Assembly: GCA_048498275.1 (NCBI GenBank)
Contig: JBEHYH010000001.1
Span: forward strand, 4,876 to 68,875
Length of the DNA stretch: 64,000 nt
Direction of reading: 5' to 3'
Source of the DNA: Myxococcota bacterium
GTDB lineage: Bacteria; Myxococcota; Myxococcia; Myxococcales; Myxococcaceae
Of this stretch, positions 43,082 to 52,981 are shown piece by piece (the first letter of the stretch is position 1; each line of letters opens with the position of its first letter). The position numbers and the translations under genes were made by a program. The notes beneath the pieces are model-generated. The model saw only the letters and a program-made list of their open reading frames with translations. It did no database searches and was not told the origin of the DNA.

Positions 43082-43411
43082 TCATTTCGGCGGGTGTTTA
43101 CGGTCGAGGTAGTCGCCGAGCGCGTCGAGTCGATCGCCGAAGAACGCGGCGAACTCGTCGACCCAGTTCACGACCTTGCGCAGCGGCCGCGGCCGGAGGC
43201 GGTAGCGCCGATTCCGCCCGTCCTTCCGGACCGCGACGAGCCGCGCTTCTTCGAGCACGCGGAGATGTTGTGAGACCGCGCCGAACGTCATGTCGAACGG
43301 CTTGCCGAGCTCGCTCGCTGAACATTCACCGCGCTTGAGCCGCACCAGCATCGCGCGGCGCGCCGGGTGGGCGATCGCGTGGAAGACGTCATTCTCTTGA
43401 ATCGGCCGCAT
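43082..43411 (-). CDS. ArsR-family winged-helix transcriptional regulator
   Basis: FHAIAHPARRAMLVRL..GE.SASEL......TFGAVSQHLRVLEEARLV...KDGR.R.Y.L. Confidence 0.85.
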   Translation of the reverse strand: MRPIQENDVFHAIAHPARRAMLVRLKRGECSASELGKPFDMTFGAVSQHLRVLEEARLVAVRKDGRNRRYRLRPRPLRKVVNWVDEFAAFFGDRLDALGDYLDRKHPPK

Positions 43412-43919
43412 GCGCGCTCCACTCCGGGTACTCGTCGCGAATCGCTTCGAAGCGCTGCAGCCAGTTCGGCAACGGCCGGCGTTCGAGTTGTGCCTCGAGA
43501 CGATCGAGAAAGGCGTGCGTGCCGGGCAGGAAGCCGCGCGCGGTGTGCCGGGTCATGCGGCGGTAGGTGACGGTGAGGTGCGTGGCGGCGCCCTGCTCCA
43601 CCAGCTCGTATCTGAAGATCGCGCGTTCACCCTGCGGCATCCCGGGCACCGGAGCGACGTTCCATTCGTACTCGAGGAGCCGCGGTGGCTCCCACGCGAG
43701 GATCTTGCCCGTCGAGTGATACGCGCCGGCGCCGGAGACGAGTTCAATCTCGCCACCGACTCGCGGATCGATCTTCACCAGCGAACACATCAACCACTCG
43801 CGCAGCCCTTCAGGCGTGGAGATCGCTTCCCACACGCGCGTCGGCGCGTGCGGATAGACGCGATGGAAGGTGAGCGTCGAGAACTCACCGTCGTCGACGA
43901 GCGTGCCCTTACGTCGCAT
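43389..43919 (-). CDS. SRPBCC/AHSA1-family protein
   Basis: ATG 43919 (MRRKGTL...). ..FHRVYPHAPTRVWEAISTPEGLREWL.....D.RVGG...L is typical of Aha1/START-like proteins paired with ArsR regulators. Confidence 0.7.
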   Translation of the reverse strand: MRRKGTLVDDGEFSTLTFHRVYPHAPTRVWEAISTPEGLREWLMCSLVKIDPRVGGEIELVSGAGAYHSTGKILAWEPPRLLEYEWNVAPVPGMPQGERAIFRYELVEQGAATHLTVTYRRMTRHTARGFLPGTHAFLDRLEAQLERRPLPNWLQRFEAIRDEYPEWSAHAADSRE

Positions 43920-44457
43920 ACGTGACGACCACATTCCCGCAGCGGAACGCGCGCTGGTCGATGAGCGTGAGCTCGCTGGGCTTCGTGAAGATGGTGCGGC
44001 CACTCCCGAGGGCGACCGGCACGATCACGAACTGGTATTCGTCGACGAGGCCTGCGGCGCCGAGTTGAGCTGCAATCTCGCCGCTCCCGAGAATGGTCAG
44101 CGCCTTCGCCTTGCCCTTCTTGAGCGCGCGCACCGCCTTCACCACGTCGCCCTTCAACAGCTCGGTGTTCTTCCACGTCGGCTCGATGGTGCGCGACGCG
44201 ACGTACTTCTTCGCCGCGTTCATGCCCTTCGCGACGTCGGGCATCTGACGCGCGGCCATCGGCGTGGGCCAGAAGGCCTCCATCAGCTCGTACGTCTTGC
44301 GACCGAAGAGCAGCGCGCCGCCGGAGCTCGCATTCTGCCCGACCCACTCGGCGAACTCGTCGTCTTCGCGGCCCGCGTGCGCCCAGTCGATGCCACCGTG
44401 CGCGTCAGCGAAATAGCCGTCGATGGAGATCGATTCGAACACCCGGAGCTTCGTCAT
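43909..44457 (-). CDS. Dihydrofolate-reductase-family protein (RibD C-terminal domain-like)
   Basis: MTKLRVFESISIDGY.A...G..DW......DE.......... LLFGRKTYE.M..FWP... Confidence 0.75.
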   Translation of the reverse strand: MTKLRVFESISIDGYFADAHGGIDWAHAGREDDEFAEWVGQNASSGGALLFGRKTYELMEAFWPTPMAARQMPDVAKGMNAAKKYVASRTIEPTWKNTELLKGDVVKAVRALKKGKAKALTILGSGEIAAQLGAAGLVDEYQFVIVPVALGSGRTIFTKPSELTLIDQRAFRCGNVVVTYAT

Positions 44458-44490
44458 GAAGCCGACGATAGTTTAGTTAAAACTAAACCA

Positions 44491-46395
44491 TCAAGTGCGC
44501 GGGCCGTATTTCTTCGTGAAGAACGGCTCCATCGCCGCGAGCAGGCCGTCGACATCTGCGAACTCCGGCACGGAGATGCGGCAGATCTGCACGTTGTCCT
44601 TCTTCTGCGCGTCTTTCACCGCCTGCGACAACGAGCCCTGCGTCGATTCCTGCGGGTTGATCACGTAGAACCAATCGGGCTTGCCGCCGCCGGTCGACTG
44701 CCCGTAGCTCACGCGGCTCTTCACCAGCTTCGGCGCCGCGTTCATCAGGAACTCGACGAACTCATCGACGAGATCGGCGTGCGTGGTCGGAGCCGCCGGC
44801 AAATAGAATGACAACAAACCGCACTCGAGGCCCAGCGACGCTTCGGCTTCATTCATCGCGTAGAGCGTGACCTCGCGACCGCGAGCCGCGAGCGCCGCAC
44901 GCAACCCCTTCGCGAGCTGCGCCGTGTGCTTCGCGATGATCGCCATGCGCGGGCGCAGATCTGAGAGGCCCGATTCGAGCTCCACCAACTGCGCCGGGCG
45001 CGCGAACGAATCCGCATCGCGACCGCGCGCACGCGCGCGCTGCACGATGTCTCGCGCGAGCGTGTTGTCGCCGCACGCGACGACTCCGAGCGTCGACTTG
45101 CCCTTCGTGAAGTACTTCGAGCCGCTCTTCACCAGCAGCACCGGCCAGCCCCTCGCCGCGTCGAGTTGGAACACCGGGAACAGCGGCGCGAGCGTGGTGT
45201 CGACGAGCACCGGCACGGTCGTGCCGTATTGCTTCTCGTACTCGCGCACGCCCGCGAAGAGCTTGCCGAAGTCGTGCACCTGCAGCTCCGGGTTGGTGGG
45301 CGTCTCGAGGAACAGCACCGCAGGCGCGCCGGCGAGACGCTGCAGCCCCGCGAGCATGCGATCGACCAGCGTGACCGCGCGGCCCTGCTCATCGGTGCCG
45401 AACACCGGCAACGGCGCCGGCTTCAGCGCGCTCGACGACGTGAGCACTTCAGAGATGAGCTGCCCGGTGCCGCCGTAACCGTTCTGCGCGTAGAAGAACG
45501 TCACCGGCTTCGGCCCGAGCACGTCGGCCGCCGCCGCGAACACCGCCGCTTCTGCTGCGAGACCGGTGCAGAAATAGAGCGCCTCGGAGATCTCCGGAAA
45601 CAACGCGCGCAACTTCGCGTCACACGCTTCAGGCGTCGACGTCGCGTGTGCAGGCGTCGGGAGCCCGACAGTGCGCGCCACTGCATCCAACGCGTCCGAC
45701 GCGATCAACGCCGACACCGTGCGCTTGCGAATGAGCTGCACCTTCACCGCGTCGATGCGCGCGCCTTCACGCAACAGCAACACGCCACCGCCGGGCACCG
45801 GGTAGCAGACCGCGTCGGCCGACTGTGAGTTGAGCTGGCCTTCGAACGGCGCGTCGAGCACGTGTACCGAAATCGCGTCGCTCACCGGCACCGGCCCGAC
45901 GTGACGCTCGTGGAGCTCCACACCCTTGCTGCGCAGCGCGGTCTTCTCGGCCTCAGAAATCGGCAGCGCACCGACCGCGAACACGTGCACCGGCAACGTG
46001 CGGCCCGGCGCTTCGATGACGCTCAGCCACGGCTTGGTGACCGACGCGAACGAGAAGACATGCGCCGCTCCGGTGCGCGCCTTGAGCAGCAGCTCGAAGA
46101 CGGTCGACAGCGGCTGACCGAGGCGCGCGTAGTCGTACGGCAAGCCGACGCGAGCGAGCGCTTCGCGAATCGCTTCAGCCGACGTCGCGTTCTCCGCGAC
46201 GAGCTGAGCGACCGCCGCGTCGAGTCGTGCTCCGAACTGCGCTTCAGAATCGAAGCGGAACAGATCGTACGTCGTCGACCGCGGCTCCCAGTCGTCGGGC
46301 ATCGCACCGGTGACGCTGAGCATGCGCTTCAAGACTTCAGCGAGGTTCGAAGCAAACGACGGAGACGGGACGAACGGAGTTTGGGGCTGCGCCAT
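44491..46395 (-). CDS. PLP-dependent enzyme with Cys/Met-metabolism (trans-sulfuration) type core and long N-terminal extension
   Basis: ..LFLETPTNPELQVHD..., VLVDTTLAP..., LLVKSGSKYFTKGKSTLG (PLP-Lys context). Start ATG 46395 (or GTG 46434). Confidence 0.55.
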   Translation of the reverse strand: MAQPQTPFVPSPSFASNLAEVLKRMLSVTGAMPDDWEPRSTTYDLFRFDSEAQFGARLDAAVAQLVAENATSAEAIREALARVGLPYDYARLGQPLSTVFELLLKARTGAAHVFSFASVTKPWLSVIEAPGRTLPVHVFAVGALPISEAEKTALRSKGVELHERHVGPVPVSDAISVHVLDAPFEGQLNSQSADAVCYPVPGGGVLLLREGARIDAVKVQLIRKRTVSALIASDALDAVARTVGLPTPAHATSTPEACDAKLRALFPEISEALYFCTGLAAEAAVFAAAADVLGPKPVTFFYAQNGYGGTGQLISEVLTSSSALKPAPLPVFGTDEQGRAVTLVDRMLAGLQRLAGAPAVLFLETPTNPELQVHDFGKLFAGVREYEKQYGTTVPVLVDTTLAPLFPVFQLDAARGWPVLLVKSGSKYFTKGKSTLGVVACGDNTLARDIVQRARARGRDADSFARPAQLVELESGLSDLRPRMAIIAKHTAQLAKGLRAALAARGREVTLYAMNEAEASLGLECGLLSFYLPAAPTTHADLVDEFVEFLMNAAPKLVKSRVSYGQSTGGGKPDWFYVINPQESTQGSLSQAVKDAQKKDNVQICRISVPEFADVDGLLAAMEPFFTKKYGPRT

Positions 46396-46476
46396 GACGA
46401 ACGCGGCATACCGCGTTGTTCGCCGCGCTCGCACGCAAACGTCGCGCGGACGTCTGCGTGGGCTCGACTCAACGCG

Positions 46477-48093
46477 CTACTGGCAGGTGCCCGAACTCGT
46501 GTTGCAGACCAGCGTGCCCGCGGGGGCGAAGACGAGACAATCGGCGTCGACGTTGCACTGCACGCACATGCCCGCGATGAACGGATTCGACGTGTCACCA
46601 CAGACATGCTCGCCGTTGCCGAAACCGCTGCAGCTCGTGCCCGTCGGAGCCGGATCGAAGCGCGGAGTGGTCGGGCCGCCGCTCGCATCGCACGCGGGGT
46701 TCACCAGACACTCGCTGTTCGAAACCGGGAGGTCCGTCACGTCATCGGAGCTCGTAACCCCACCGCTGCCATTGCAGACGAGCTTCTGGCAATCGCCGGG
46801 AGTCTGCAGGCCCACAGGTGCCACTGAACTCTGGGGGTAGATGCACGCGCCGGTATCGGAACAATCAGTCGCGCCACACACGCCGGTGCCGCAGCTGGTC
46901 GTGCAGCAGTGCGTGCCTCCGTTGCCGCTCGGGCCGCATCGCCCGCTCGAACATTGCGCGCCATTGCCCTGACACTCTGCACCGGCGGCCAACGTCGGGA
47001 GGCACGCGTGGTTCGAGCAGTACGAGCCCGGCCCGCAGTCGGCGTTGCCGTTGCACGCCACGCAGCCGAGTGAAGCGCTGCATGCCGGCGTCGCGCCGGA
47101 ACACGTCTGCGGAGCGCCACCGCCGCACTGATTTCCCGCGCAGTCCCACGTCGGCGTGAAGACGTTGCCGTTGCAGCTCCCGCCCGCGGCGCCGCAATCA
47201 GACGGCGCGTTGCACTGCACGCAACCGGCGGCCGCGTTGCACAGCGGCGTGGCACCCGAGCAACTGTTCAACGCACCAGATTGGCAGTAGCCGTTCGAGC
47301 ACGTCGCCGACGCAGTGAAGGTGTTGCCGGTGCACGACGCCGGGGCGCATTGCGCGTCGCTGGTGCACTGCACGCAACCGAACGCCGCGTCGCATTCGAG
47401 CGGGCACATCTGCGGAGTCGACGGTTGGCACTGATTGTTCACGCAGCTCTCCGCGGGCGAGAACGAGCCAGAAGAACATGAAGGGCCCCGGCAGTCGTTC
47501 GGGCCGAGACAGCCGACGCAGTGGCCCTGGCCGTCGCACATCTGGCCTCCATTGGTCACGCAGGCGGTGCCGGGAGCTGCAGGCGTCGAACCGCAGCAGC
47601 TCGAGTCGCACGTCGGCGTGAGGCAGTCGTTGGTCAGCGCCGGGCAGTTGTTGAGGTCTTCACAGGTGACGCCGCCATCGATCGCGCAGTGCACGCCCGC
47701 GTCAGGCGCACCGGCGTCTTCTTCTCCAGTGCCGCCGCCGGTCGAACCGTCACCGCCGCCCGTCGCCGTTGTGCCGCCGCCGGTCGAACCGTCGCCACCG
47801 CCGACCACGCCATCGCCACCTCCGCCCGAGCCATCACCGCCGCCCGTCGTCGCTGCGCCGCCACCCGTCGAGCCATCTCCACCGCCAATCGCGGCCGCGC
47901 CGCCGCCTGACGAACCATCACCGCCACCGGTTGCCGCGGATCCACCGCCGACGGTTGCCGCACCTCCGCCGGTCGTGGCCGCGCCACCTCCCGACGAACC
48001 GGAACCGCCGCCGGTTTGCTGCGACCCTCCGTCTCCACACGCCGAAATGACCAACACCAACGACACAACCAGGAAACGATTGACGCTCAACAC
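46477..48093 (-). CDS. Cys-rich-repeat secreted lipoprotein with Gly-rich tandem-repeat linker
   Basis: GTG 48093 gives MLSVNRFLVVSLVLVISAC (lipobox). (GGGDGS[ST]GGGAAT)-like repeats, then at least four GCV.C....DC....C.GN.F.....C....C modules. Confidence 0.75.
   Translation of the reverse strand: MLSVNRFLVVSLVLVISACGDGGSQQTGGGSGSSGGGAATTGGGAATVGGGSAATGGGDGSSGGGAAAIGGGDGSTGGGAATTGGGDGSGGGGDGVVGGGDGSTGGGTTATGGGDGSTGGGTGEEDAGAPDAGVHCAIDGGVTCEDLNNCPALTNDCLTPTCDSSCCGSTPAAPGTACVTNGGQMCDGQGHCVGCLGPNDCRGPSCSSGSFSPAESCVNNQCQPSTPQMCPLECDAAFGCVQCTSDAQCAPASCTGNTFTASATCSNGYCQSGALNSCSGATPLCNAAAGCVQCNAPSDCGAAGGSCNGNVFTPTWDCAGNQCGGGAPQTCSGATPACSASLGCVACNGNADCGPGSYCSNHACLPTLAAGAECQGNGAQCSSGRCGPSGNGGTHCCTTSCGTGVCGATDCSDTGACIYPQSSVAPVGLQTPGDCQKLVCNGSGGVTSSDDVTDLPVSNSECLVNPACDASGGPTTPRFDPAPTGTSCSGFGNGEHVCGDTSNPFIAGMCVQCNVDADCLVFAPAGTLVCNTSSGTCQ
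47690..48010 (-). repeat. Imperfect tandem coding repeat (Gly-rich linker)
   Basis: Repeated ...CCGCCGCCGGTCGAACCGTC(A/G)CC... units on the plus strand encode TGGGDGS-type repeats. Confidence 0.8.
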
Positions 48094-48288
48094 GGCGATG
48101 ACACTCCGATGAAATGCGGAAACACCACGCCCCGTTGGCGCGGTTTGAACTTCGCTTTTTTCAATGACGACCCCGAAACACCTGCGCGGCTCATACGCCG
48201 AGCGAAGGAGCCGCGGCAAGACGCTCCGATGTGCGTGAACAGGAGATGTTGAGCGCGAGCGAGGTACCAAATCGCTACGCTCGCTCGC

Positions 48289-49557
48289 GTGTCGCGCCCG
48301 TTCTTCGCGTTGAACTACATGACCCGGTTTCGCTGCATCGCGGAGCGCTGCGAAGACACGTGTTGCGCGGGCATGCAGATTCCGCTGACCGCCGCTGATG
48401 AGAACCGGTTGAAGCGCACGGTCGATGAAGCCGAGTTCGCGGAGCTGGTGACGCCGATCGAGCAACCGGTGCACGGGTGTGCGTCGGTGCTGACGCGCAC
48501 GCCAGAAGGCGCGTGCCGGTCGCTCGATTCGAGCGGGCTGTGTTCGTTGGTGGTTCGCGCGGGCGATGACGTGCTGTCTGACGCATGCGCGCTGTTTCCG
48601 CGAGCCGTCGCGCAGACGCCGGAGCGCGTTGAACTCTCCGGCTCGCTCGCGTGCCCCGAAGCGGCGCGGCTGTGTCTGCTCGCGGATGATGGGCTCGAGT
48701 TCGTGTCGTCGTCGCCGAAGCTCATCTCGCGACTCACGCCCACAGAATTTCCGGCCGAGCGTGAGCCGTATGATTCGCTGGCGGAGCTCGTTCGCGAGTC
48801 CGCTGTGAAGATTTTTTGCGAACGCGCCTGGCCGGTGCGCACGCGGCTGATGCAGCTCGCTGAACTCGGAGCGCGCACCGAAGACTTCTTCTTTCGCGGC
48901 GGGCCTTCTGAAGTGCGTGAACGGTTGCTGCGCGAAATCGAACGCACTTCGTGGAGCGAAACGCACGACGCACTCGAGCGCACCGAGCCCAACGGCACGC
49001 TGGTCATTCAGATGCTGTTCTCGCTGATGACGGGTCTGCGCGGTCGTGGCACGGCGCGCTTCGGGCAACTGCTCGACGTGGTGACGTACACGTATCAAAC
49101 CGCGGCGCTCGAACTCGAACCGAGCCTCGGGGCAACTCCACAGCCGACGCTCTTGTGGAACGCGCTGTGGACTGCGCTGCGCATGAAGAGCGAACGCGCC
49201 GACCGCGTGTTCAGCGGGCGACTCGACGTGTTGCTCGAGCGGTACTGGATCAACGATCTCTATCGAGCGCCGTACACGCGATCGCCTTCACTCTCGGCGC
49301 ATGCGTTTCAGATGATCCTGCGCGGAGCGGTGCTTCGTTTTCTCGTGCTCGGTCACCCGGCCGTCGAGCAACTCTCAGCGAACGCGACTGCAGATCTGCG
49401 CACCTTCGACGCCGCCTTCATCGAGACGGTGCAGCTCTACGCGAAGCACATCGAGAAAGACGCCGACATGTTCACGATGCTCGCCGCGCACTTCTCGCTC
49501 GAGTCGCTGAAGACCGACGCGCTCGGTCGAGCGCGCATCTTCGCAATCGCGACGTGA
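48289..49557 (+). CDS. FliB/YkgJ-family Cys-cluster protein (flagellin lysine-N-methylase-like)
   Basis: N-terminal FRCIAERCEDTCCAG (C-x3-C-x3-CC) and a second cluster ..GACRSLD..GLCSL. Confidence 0.6.
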   Translation: MSRPFFALNYMTRFRCIAERCEDTCCAGMQIPLTAADENRLKRTVDEAEFAELVTPIEQPVHGCASVLTRTPEGACRSLDSSGLCSLVVRAGDDVLSDACALFPRAVAQTPERVELSGSLACPEAARLCLLADDGLEFVSSSPKLISRLTPTEFPAEREPYDSLAELVRESAVKIFCERAWPVRTRLMQLAELGARTEDFFFRGGPSEVRERLLREIERTSWSETHDALERTEPNGTLVIQMLFSLMTGLRGRGTARFGQLLDVVTYTYQTAALELEPSLGATPQPTLLWNALWTALRMKSERADRVFSGRLDVLLERYWINDLYRAPYTRSPSLSAHAFQMILRGAVLRFLVLGHPAVEQLSANATADLRTFDAAFIETVQLYAKHIEKDADMFTMLAAHFSLESLKTDALGRARIFAIAT

Positions 49558-49558
49558 C

Positions 49559-51427
49559 GTGCGGCGGCTAGGGTGCCGCGCCGTGACGCAAGAGACACCT
49601 GAACAAGCCGAAGCGAAGGCCCTCGCCGCCGAGAAGAAATGGCTCGACGAGGTCTACCAACCGAACGCGGTCGACTTGACGGTCCGCACCGTCATCACCG
49701 GCATGATCATCGGCGCGGTGATGTGCTTCGCGAATCTCTACGTGGTGCTGAAGACCGGTTGGTCCGTCGGTGTCACCATCACCGCGAGCATCATGGCGTG
49801 GAGTTTCTGGAGCGCGATCTCCGGCGTGCTCGGCCCGAAATGGAAACTCGGCATTCACGAGAACAACGCGATGGCGAGCGTCGCTTCAGCCGCGGGCTAC
49901 ATGACCGGAGGCGGCAACATGGCCGCCCTGCCCGCGTTGATCATCCTCACCGGTCAGCGCCCCGACACGTGGTTGTTGATGCTGTGGTTTCTCTGCATCA
50001 GCGCGCTCGGGGTGTTCGCGGCGATCCCCATCAAGCGGCAGTTGATCAATCGCGAAGCGCTCATCTTCCCCACCGGCACGGCGACGGCTGAAACGCTGCG
50101 CGCGCTCAACGCCGACACCGGCGCGGGCAAAGCACAGGCGCGCTTGCTGTTCGGTTCAGCCGCGCTCGCCGCCGTCGTCGCCTTCTTCCGCGACGCGAAA
50201 GCTGCGTGGCTCAAGTGGAACATCCCCAGCGAGTTTTCGCTGCCGATCGATTTTCACGGCAAGCCACTGCTCTCGTGGACACTCGGCTTTGAAGGCAGCG
50301 TGTTGATGCTCGGCGCGGGTTCGCTGATGTCGTGGCGCACCGGTTGGTCGCTGCTGCTCGGAGCGCTCATCACCTTCGGCATCGTCGCTCCCGAGATGGT
50401 CGCTGAAGGTGTCATCGCCGAGGTCAGCTTCAAGGTGATGGCGAAGTGGACGGTGTGGATGGGCGCGTCGGTGCTGGTGAGCTCGGGCCTGACGTCGTTC
50501 GCGTTTCAGTGGCGCAGCGTCGCCAAGAGCATGGCGTCGCTGAGCTCGTTGTTCGCGAAGAAGAAGAGCAGCGCCATCGACCCGCTCGAAGCCGTCGAAG
50601 CGCCGCAGTCGTGGTTCCCCATCGGCTTCCTGATCTTCGGCCCGCCGGTCGTGATCCTCGCGTGGATGATGTTCGACATTCCGTTCCGTGCGGGCATCGT
50701 CGCGTTGTTGCTCGCGGTGGTGATGGCGGTGATCGCCGCGCGCGTGACGGGCGAGACCGACGTGACGCCGACGAAGGCGCTCGGGCCGGTGACGCAGCTC
50801 ATCTTCGCGGGGATGCTCCCGGGCCAGCTCGCGCCGAACATCATGTCGGCGAACGTGACCGGCGGCGTCGGTCTGCACGCGGCCGACCTGCTCACCGCGC
50901 AGAAGGCCGGCTACCTCATCGGAGCGAACCCGCGGCGTCAGGTCATCGCGCAACTCTTCGGCGTGTTCGCAGGCGCGCTGGTCATCGTGCCGCTCTTCAA
51001 TCTGCTCGTGCCGACGCCCGAGACGCTCGGCGGCAAGGAGTTCCCCGCTCCGTCGGCGATGGTGTGGAAGAACGTGTCGGAGATGCTGGTGAAGGGCATC
51101 GACGCGCTCCACCCGACCGCGCGGTGGGCGGCGCTCATCGGTTGCATCGTCGGCATCACGCTCGCGGTGCTCGAAGTGAAGGTTCCGAAGCACCTGAAGA
51201 AGTACGTGCCCTCGCCTTCGGGCCTCGGCATCGCGATGGTGTTGCCCGCGTGGAACGCGATCATGATGTGCATTGGCGCGGGCATCGCGGAGCTCATCCG
51301 CCGTCGCAAAGGTGAGAAGGAAGGCGACGCGATCGTGATGCCCATCGGTTCAGGTTTCGTCGCAGGCGAGAGCTTGATGGGCGTGCTGATCAAGGTGCTC
51401 ATCGCGATCGGCGTCATGGCGAAGTAG
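49559..51427 (+). CDS. OPT-family oligopeptide transporter
   Basis: ~15 predicted TM segments. ..LTVRTVITGMIIGAVMCFANLYVVLKTGWSVG.TITASI.. and ..ITGETDVTPTK.. resemble OPT-family motifs. Confidence 0.8.
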   Translation: MRRLGCRAVTQETPEQAEAKALAAEKKWLDEVYQPNAVDLTVRTVITGMIIGAVMCFANLYVVLKTGWSVGVTITASIMAWSFWSAISGVLGPKWKLGIHENNAMASVASAAGYMTGGGNMAALPALIILTGQRPDTWLLMLWFLCISALGVFAAIPIKRQLINREALIFPTGTATAETLRALNADTGAGKAQARLLFGSAALAAVVAFFRDAKAAWLKWNIPSEFSLPIDFHGKPLLSWTLGFEGSVLMLGAGSLMSWRTGWSLLLGALITFGIVAPEMVAEGVIAEVSFKVMAKWTVWMGASVLVSSGLTSFAFQWRSVAKSMASLSSLFAKKKSSAIDPLEAVEAPQSWFPIGFLIFGPPVVILAWMMFDIPFRAGIVALLLAVVMAVIAARVTGETDVTPTKALGPVTQLIFAGMLPGQLAPNIMSANVTGGVGLHAADLLTAQKAGYLIGANPRRQVIAQLFGVFAGALVIVPLFNLLVPTPETLGGKEFPAPSAMVWKNVSEMLVKGIDALHPTARWAALIGCIVGITLAVLEVKVPKHLKKYVPSPSGLGIAMVLPAWNAIMMCIGAGIAELIRRRKGEKEGDAIVMPIGSGFVAGESLMGVLIKVLIAIGVMAK

Positions 51428-51809
51428 CGAACGGCTTGTAGTGACGATGAAGCGCCGCGAGCGAATTCATTCTTGGGCAGCGCTTCGACAAATCGGTCAG
51501 GTGGCCGGTACTTGTGGTCGCGCACGGAGTGCCAAATGAAACCTGGCGCGACGAACACCGCGTCCCGCGCAGGCACGAAGACCTCACCGCATCCGCCATA
51601 CTTCCCGCCTGGCGGACACAGTGAACGCCCATGAAGTCGATGGGCACCCACAGCGCGTTCAACAACCCACCGAGATGTTCCTTGAACATCTTGCTCACGC
51701 GCCCAGTGCGGAACGGGTGGCCGTTCTCGAGCCAGCCGACGGCGAGCAACGTGTCTTTCGCTTCGGGAAATCCGTACCGACACGGCTGGAGATCTTCGAA
51801 GTACGCCAC
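51414..51809 (-). pseudogene. Small conserved-looking protein with probable frameshift near 51600
   Basis: N-terminal MAYFEDLQPCRYGF...LLAVGWLENGHPFRTG... is in one frame. The protein-like continuation KYGGCGEVFVPARDAVFVAPGFIWHSVRDHKYRPPDRFVEAL is in another. Confidence 0.45.
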
Positions 51810-51868
51810 GAATGAAGTGACCCCGCGAACTCACCTCCGGTGAAGCGATCGTGGTCGAATGACGAACC

Positions 51869-52981
51869 GTGCCGAAGAAACGATCTGTCGCTGATGACCT
51901 TCGTGCTGCGAGCAAGCTGCTCATCGACGCGACGACGGAGACGACATCGGTCGTCGAGAAGATGCATCACACCATCGCGAGCAGTTCACTCGCCGCCCCG
52001 GTGCGCGCATTCAGCGGCGTCGTGTACTCGACCATTCGCGGAGTCACGCGTGCCGTCGGGCTCACCATCGACAAGGTGCTCGAACAGCTCGGGCCCGCAC
52101 TGGGCGAAAGCAATCCCAGCCCTGAAGCGATGGCGGTGCTCGCGGCGTTGAACGGCGTCATCGGCGACGCGCTCGCAGAAACCGGGAGCTCCCTCGCGCA
52201 GCCGATGGAGTTGCATCAGCGCGGCGCGCCGTCACGAAAGGTGCTGGTGATGATTCACGGCTCTTCGATGAACGACCTGCAGTGGCTGCGAAACGGTCAC
52301 GACCACGGCGCGCAGCTCGAACGCGAGTTCGGCTGGTCACCGCTCTACGTTCGCTACAACAGCGGGCTGCATGTCTCGGTGAACGGCCGCGAACTGTCAG
52401 CGCAACTCGAAGAACTCCTCGCGACGTCTCCAGAAATCGAAGAGCTCGCGATTCTCGGCTTCAGCATGGGCGGGCTCGTCGCGCGCAGCGCGTGTCACGT
52501 CGCCGAACTCGATGGCGCGCGGTGGAGAAAGAAGCTCACGAAGCTCATCTGCGTCGGCACGCCACATCACGGTTCACCCGTCGAGCGCGCCGGCAGTTGG
52601 TTTGAAACCGCGTTGGGCATCAGCCGTTACAGCGCTCCGCTCGCGAAGCTCGGCAAACTACGCAGCGCCGGAGTCACCGACCTCCGCTACGGCTTCGTCA
52701 TCGACGAACACTGGCAAGGCAAAGACCGCTTCGAGTTCGATGTCGATCGACGCGTCGCCGTGCCGCTCCCGCGTGGCGTTCGCTGCTTTGCCATCGCGGG
52801 CACCCAGAGCGAGAAGCCGGGCGCGCGACTCCGCAGCGATGGCCTGGTGCCGGTCGAGAGCGGTCTCGGCAAAGACCTCGGTTTTCCCGAGGCGCATCAG
52901 CGCATCGTGTACTCGGCGATGCACCTCGATCTGCTCAATCGCGCCGAGGTCTTCGATGCGCTCAAAGAATGGCTCGCGTGA
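51869..52981 (+). CDS. Alpha/beta-hydrolase (lipase/esterase-like, PGAP1/DUF676-type)
   Basis: VLVMIHGSSMN.. and nucleophile elbow ILGFSMGGLVA (G-x-S-x-G). ..GTPHHGSP.. Confidence 0.75.
   Translation: MPKKRSVADDLRAASKLLIDATTETTSVVEKMHHTIASSSLAAPVRAFSGVVYSTIRGVTRAVGLTIDKVLEQLGPALGESNPSPEAMAVLAALNGVIGDALAETGSSLAQPMELHQRGAPSRKVLVMIHGSSMNDLQWLRNGHDHGAQLEREFGWSPLYVRYNSGLHVSVNGRELSAQLEELLATSPEIEELAILGFSMGGLVARSACHVAELDGARWRKKLTKLICVGTPHHGSPVERAGSWFETALGISRYSAPLAKLGKLRSAGVTDLRYGFVIDEHWQGKDRFEFDVDRRVAVPLPRGVRCFAIAGTQSEKPGARLRSDGLVPVESGLGKDLGFPEAHQRIVYSAMHLDLLNRAEVFDALKEWLA

Noticed and set aside
44867-46827. Plus-strand ORFs 44867-45478, 45166-45828 and 45862-46827
   Set aside because: Antisense shadows of the PLP-enzyme gene and of the 3' end of the Cys-rich lipoprotein gene.
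48094-49098. N-terminal 335-codon extension of the 873-aa ORF 46477-49098
   Set aside because: It runs antisense across the FliB-like gene, whereas an internal GTG at 48093 gives a perfect lipoprotein signal peptide.
50938-51924. 328-aa minus-strand ORF
   Set aside because: Mostly antisense to the OPT transporter gene. Only the ~40 codons near 51470-51600 look genuine, and these are discussed as the frameshifted small gene.
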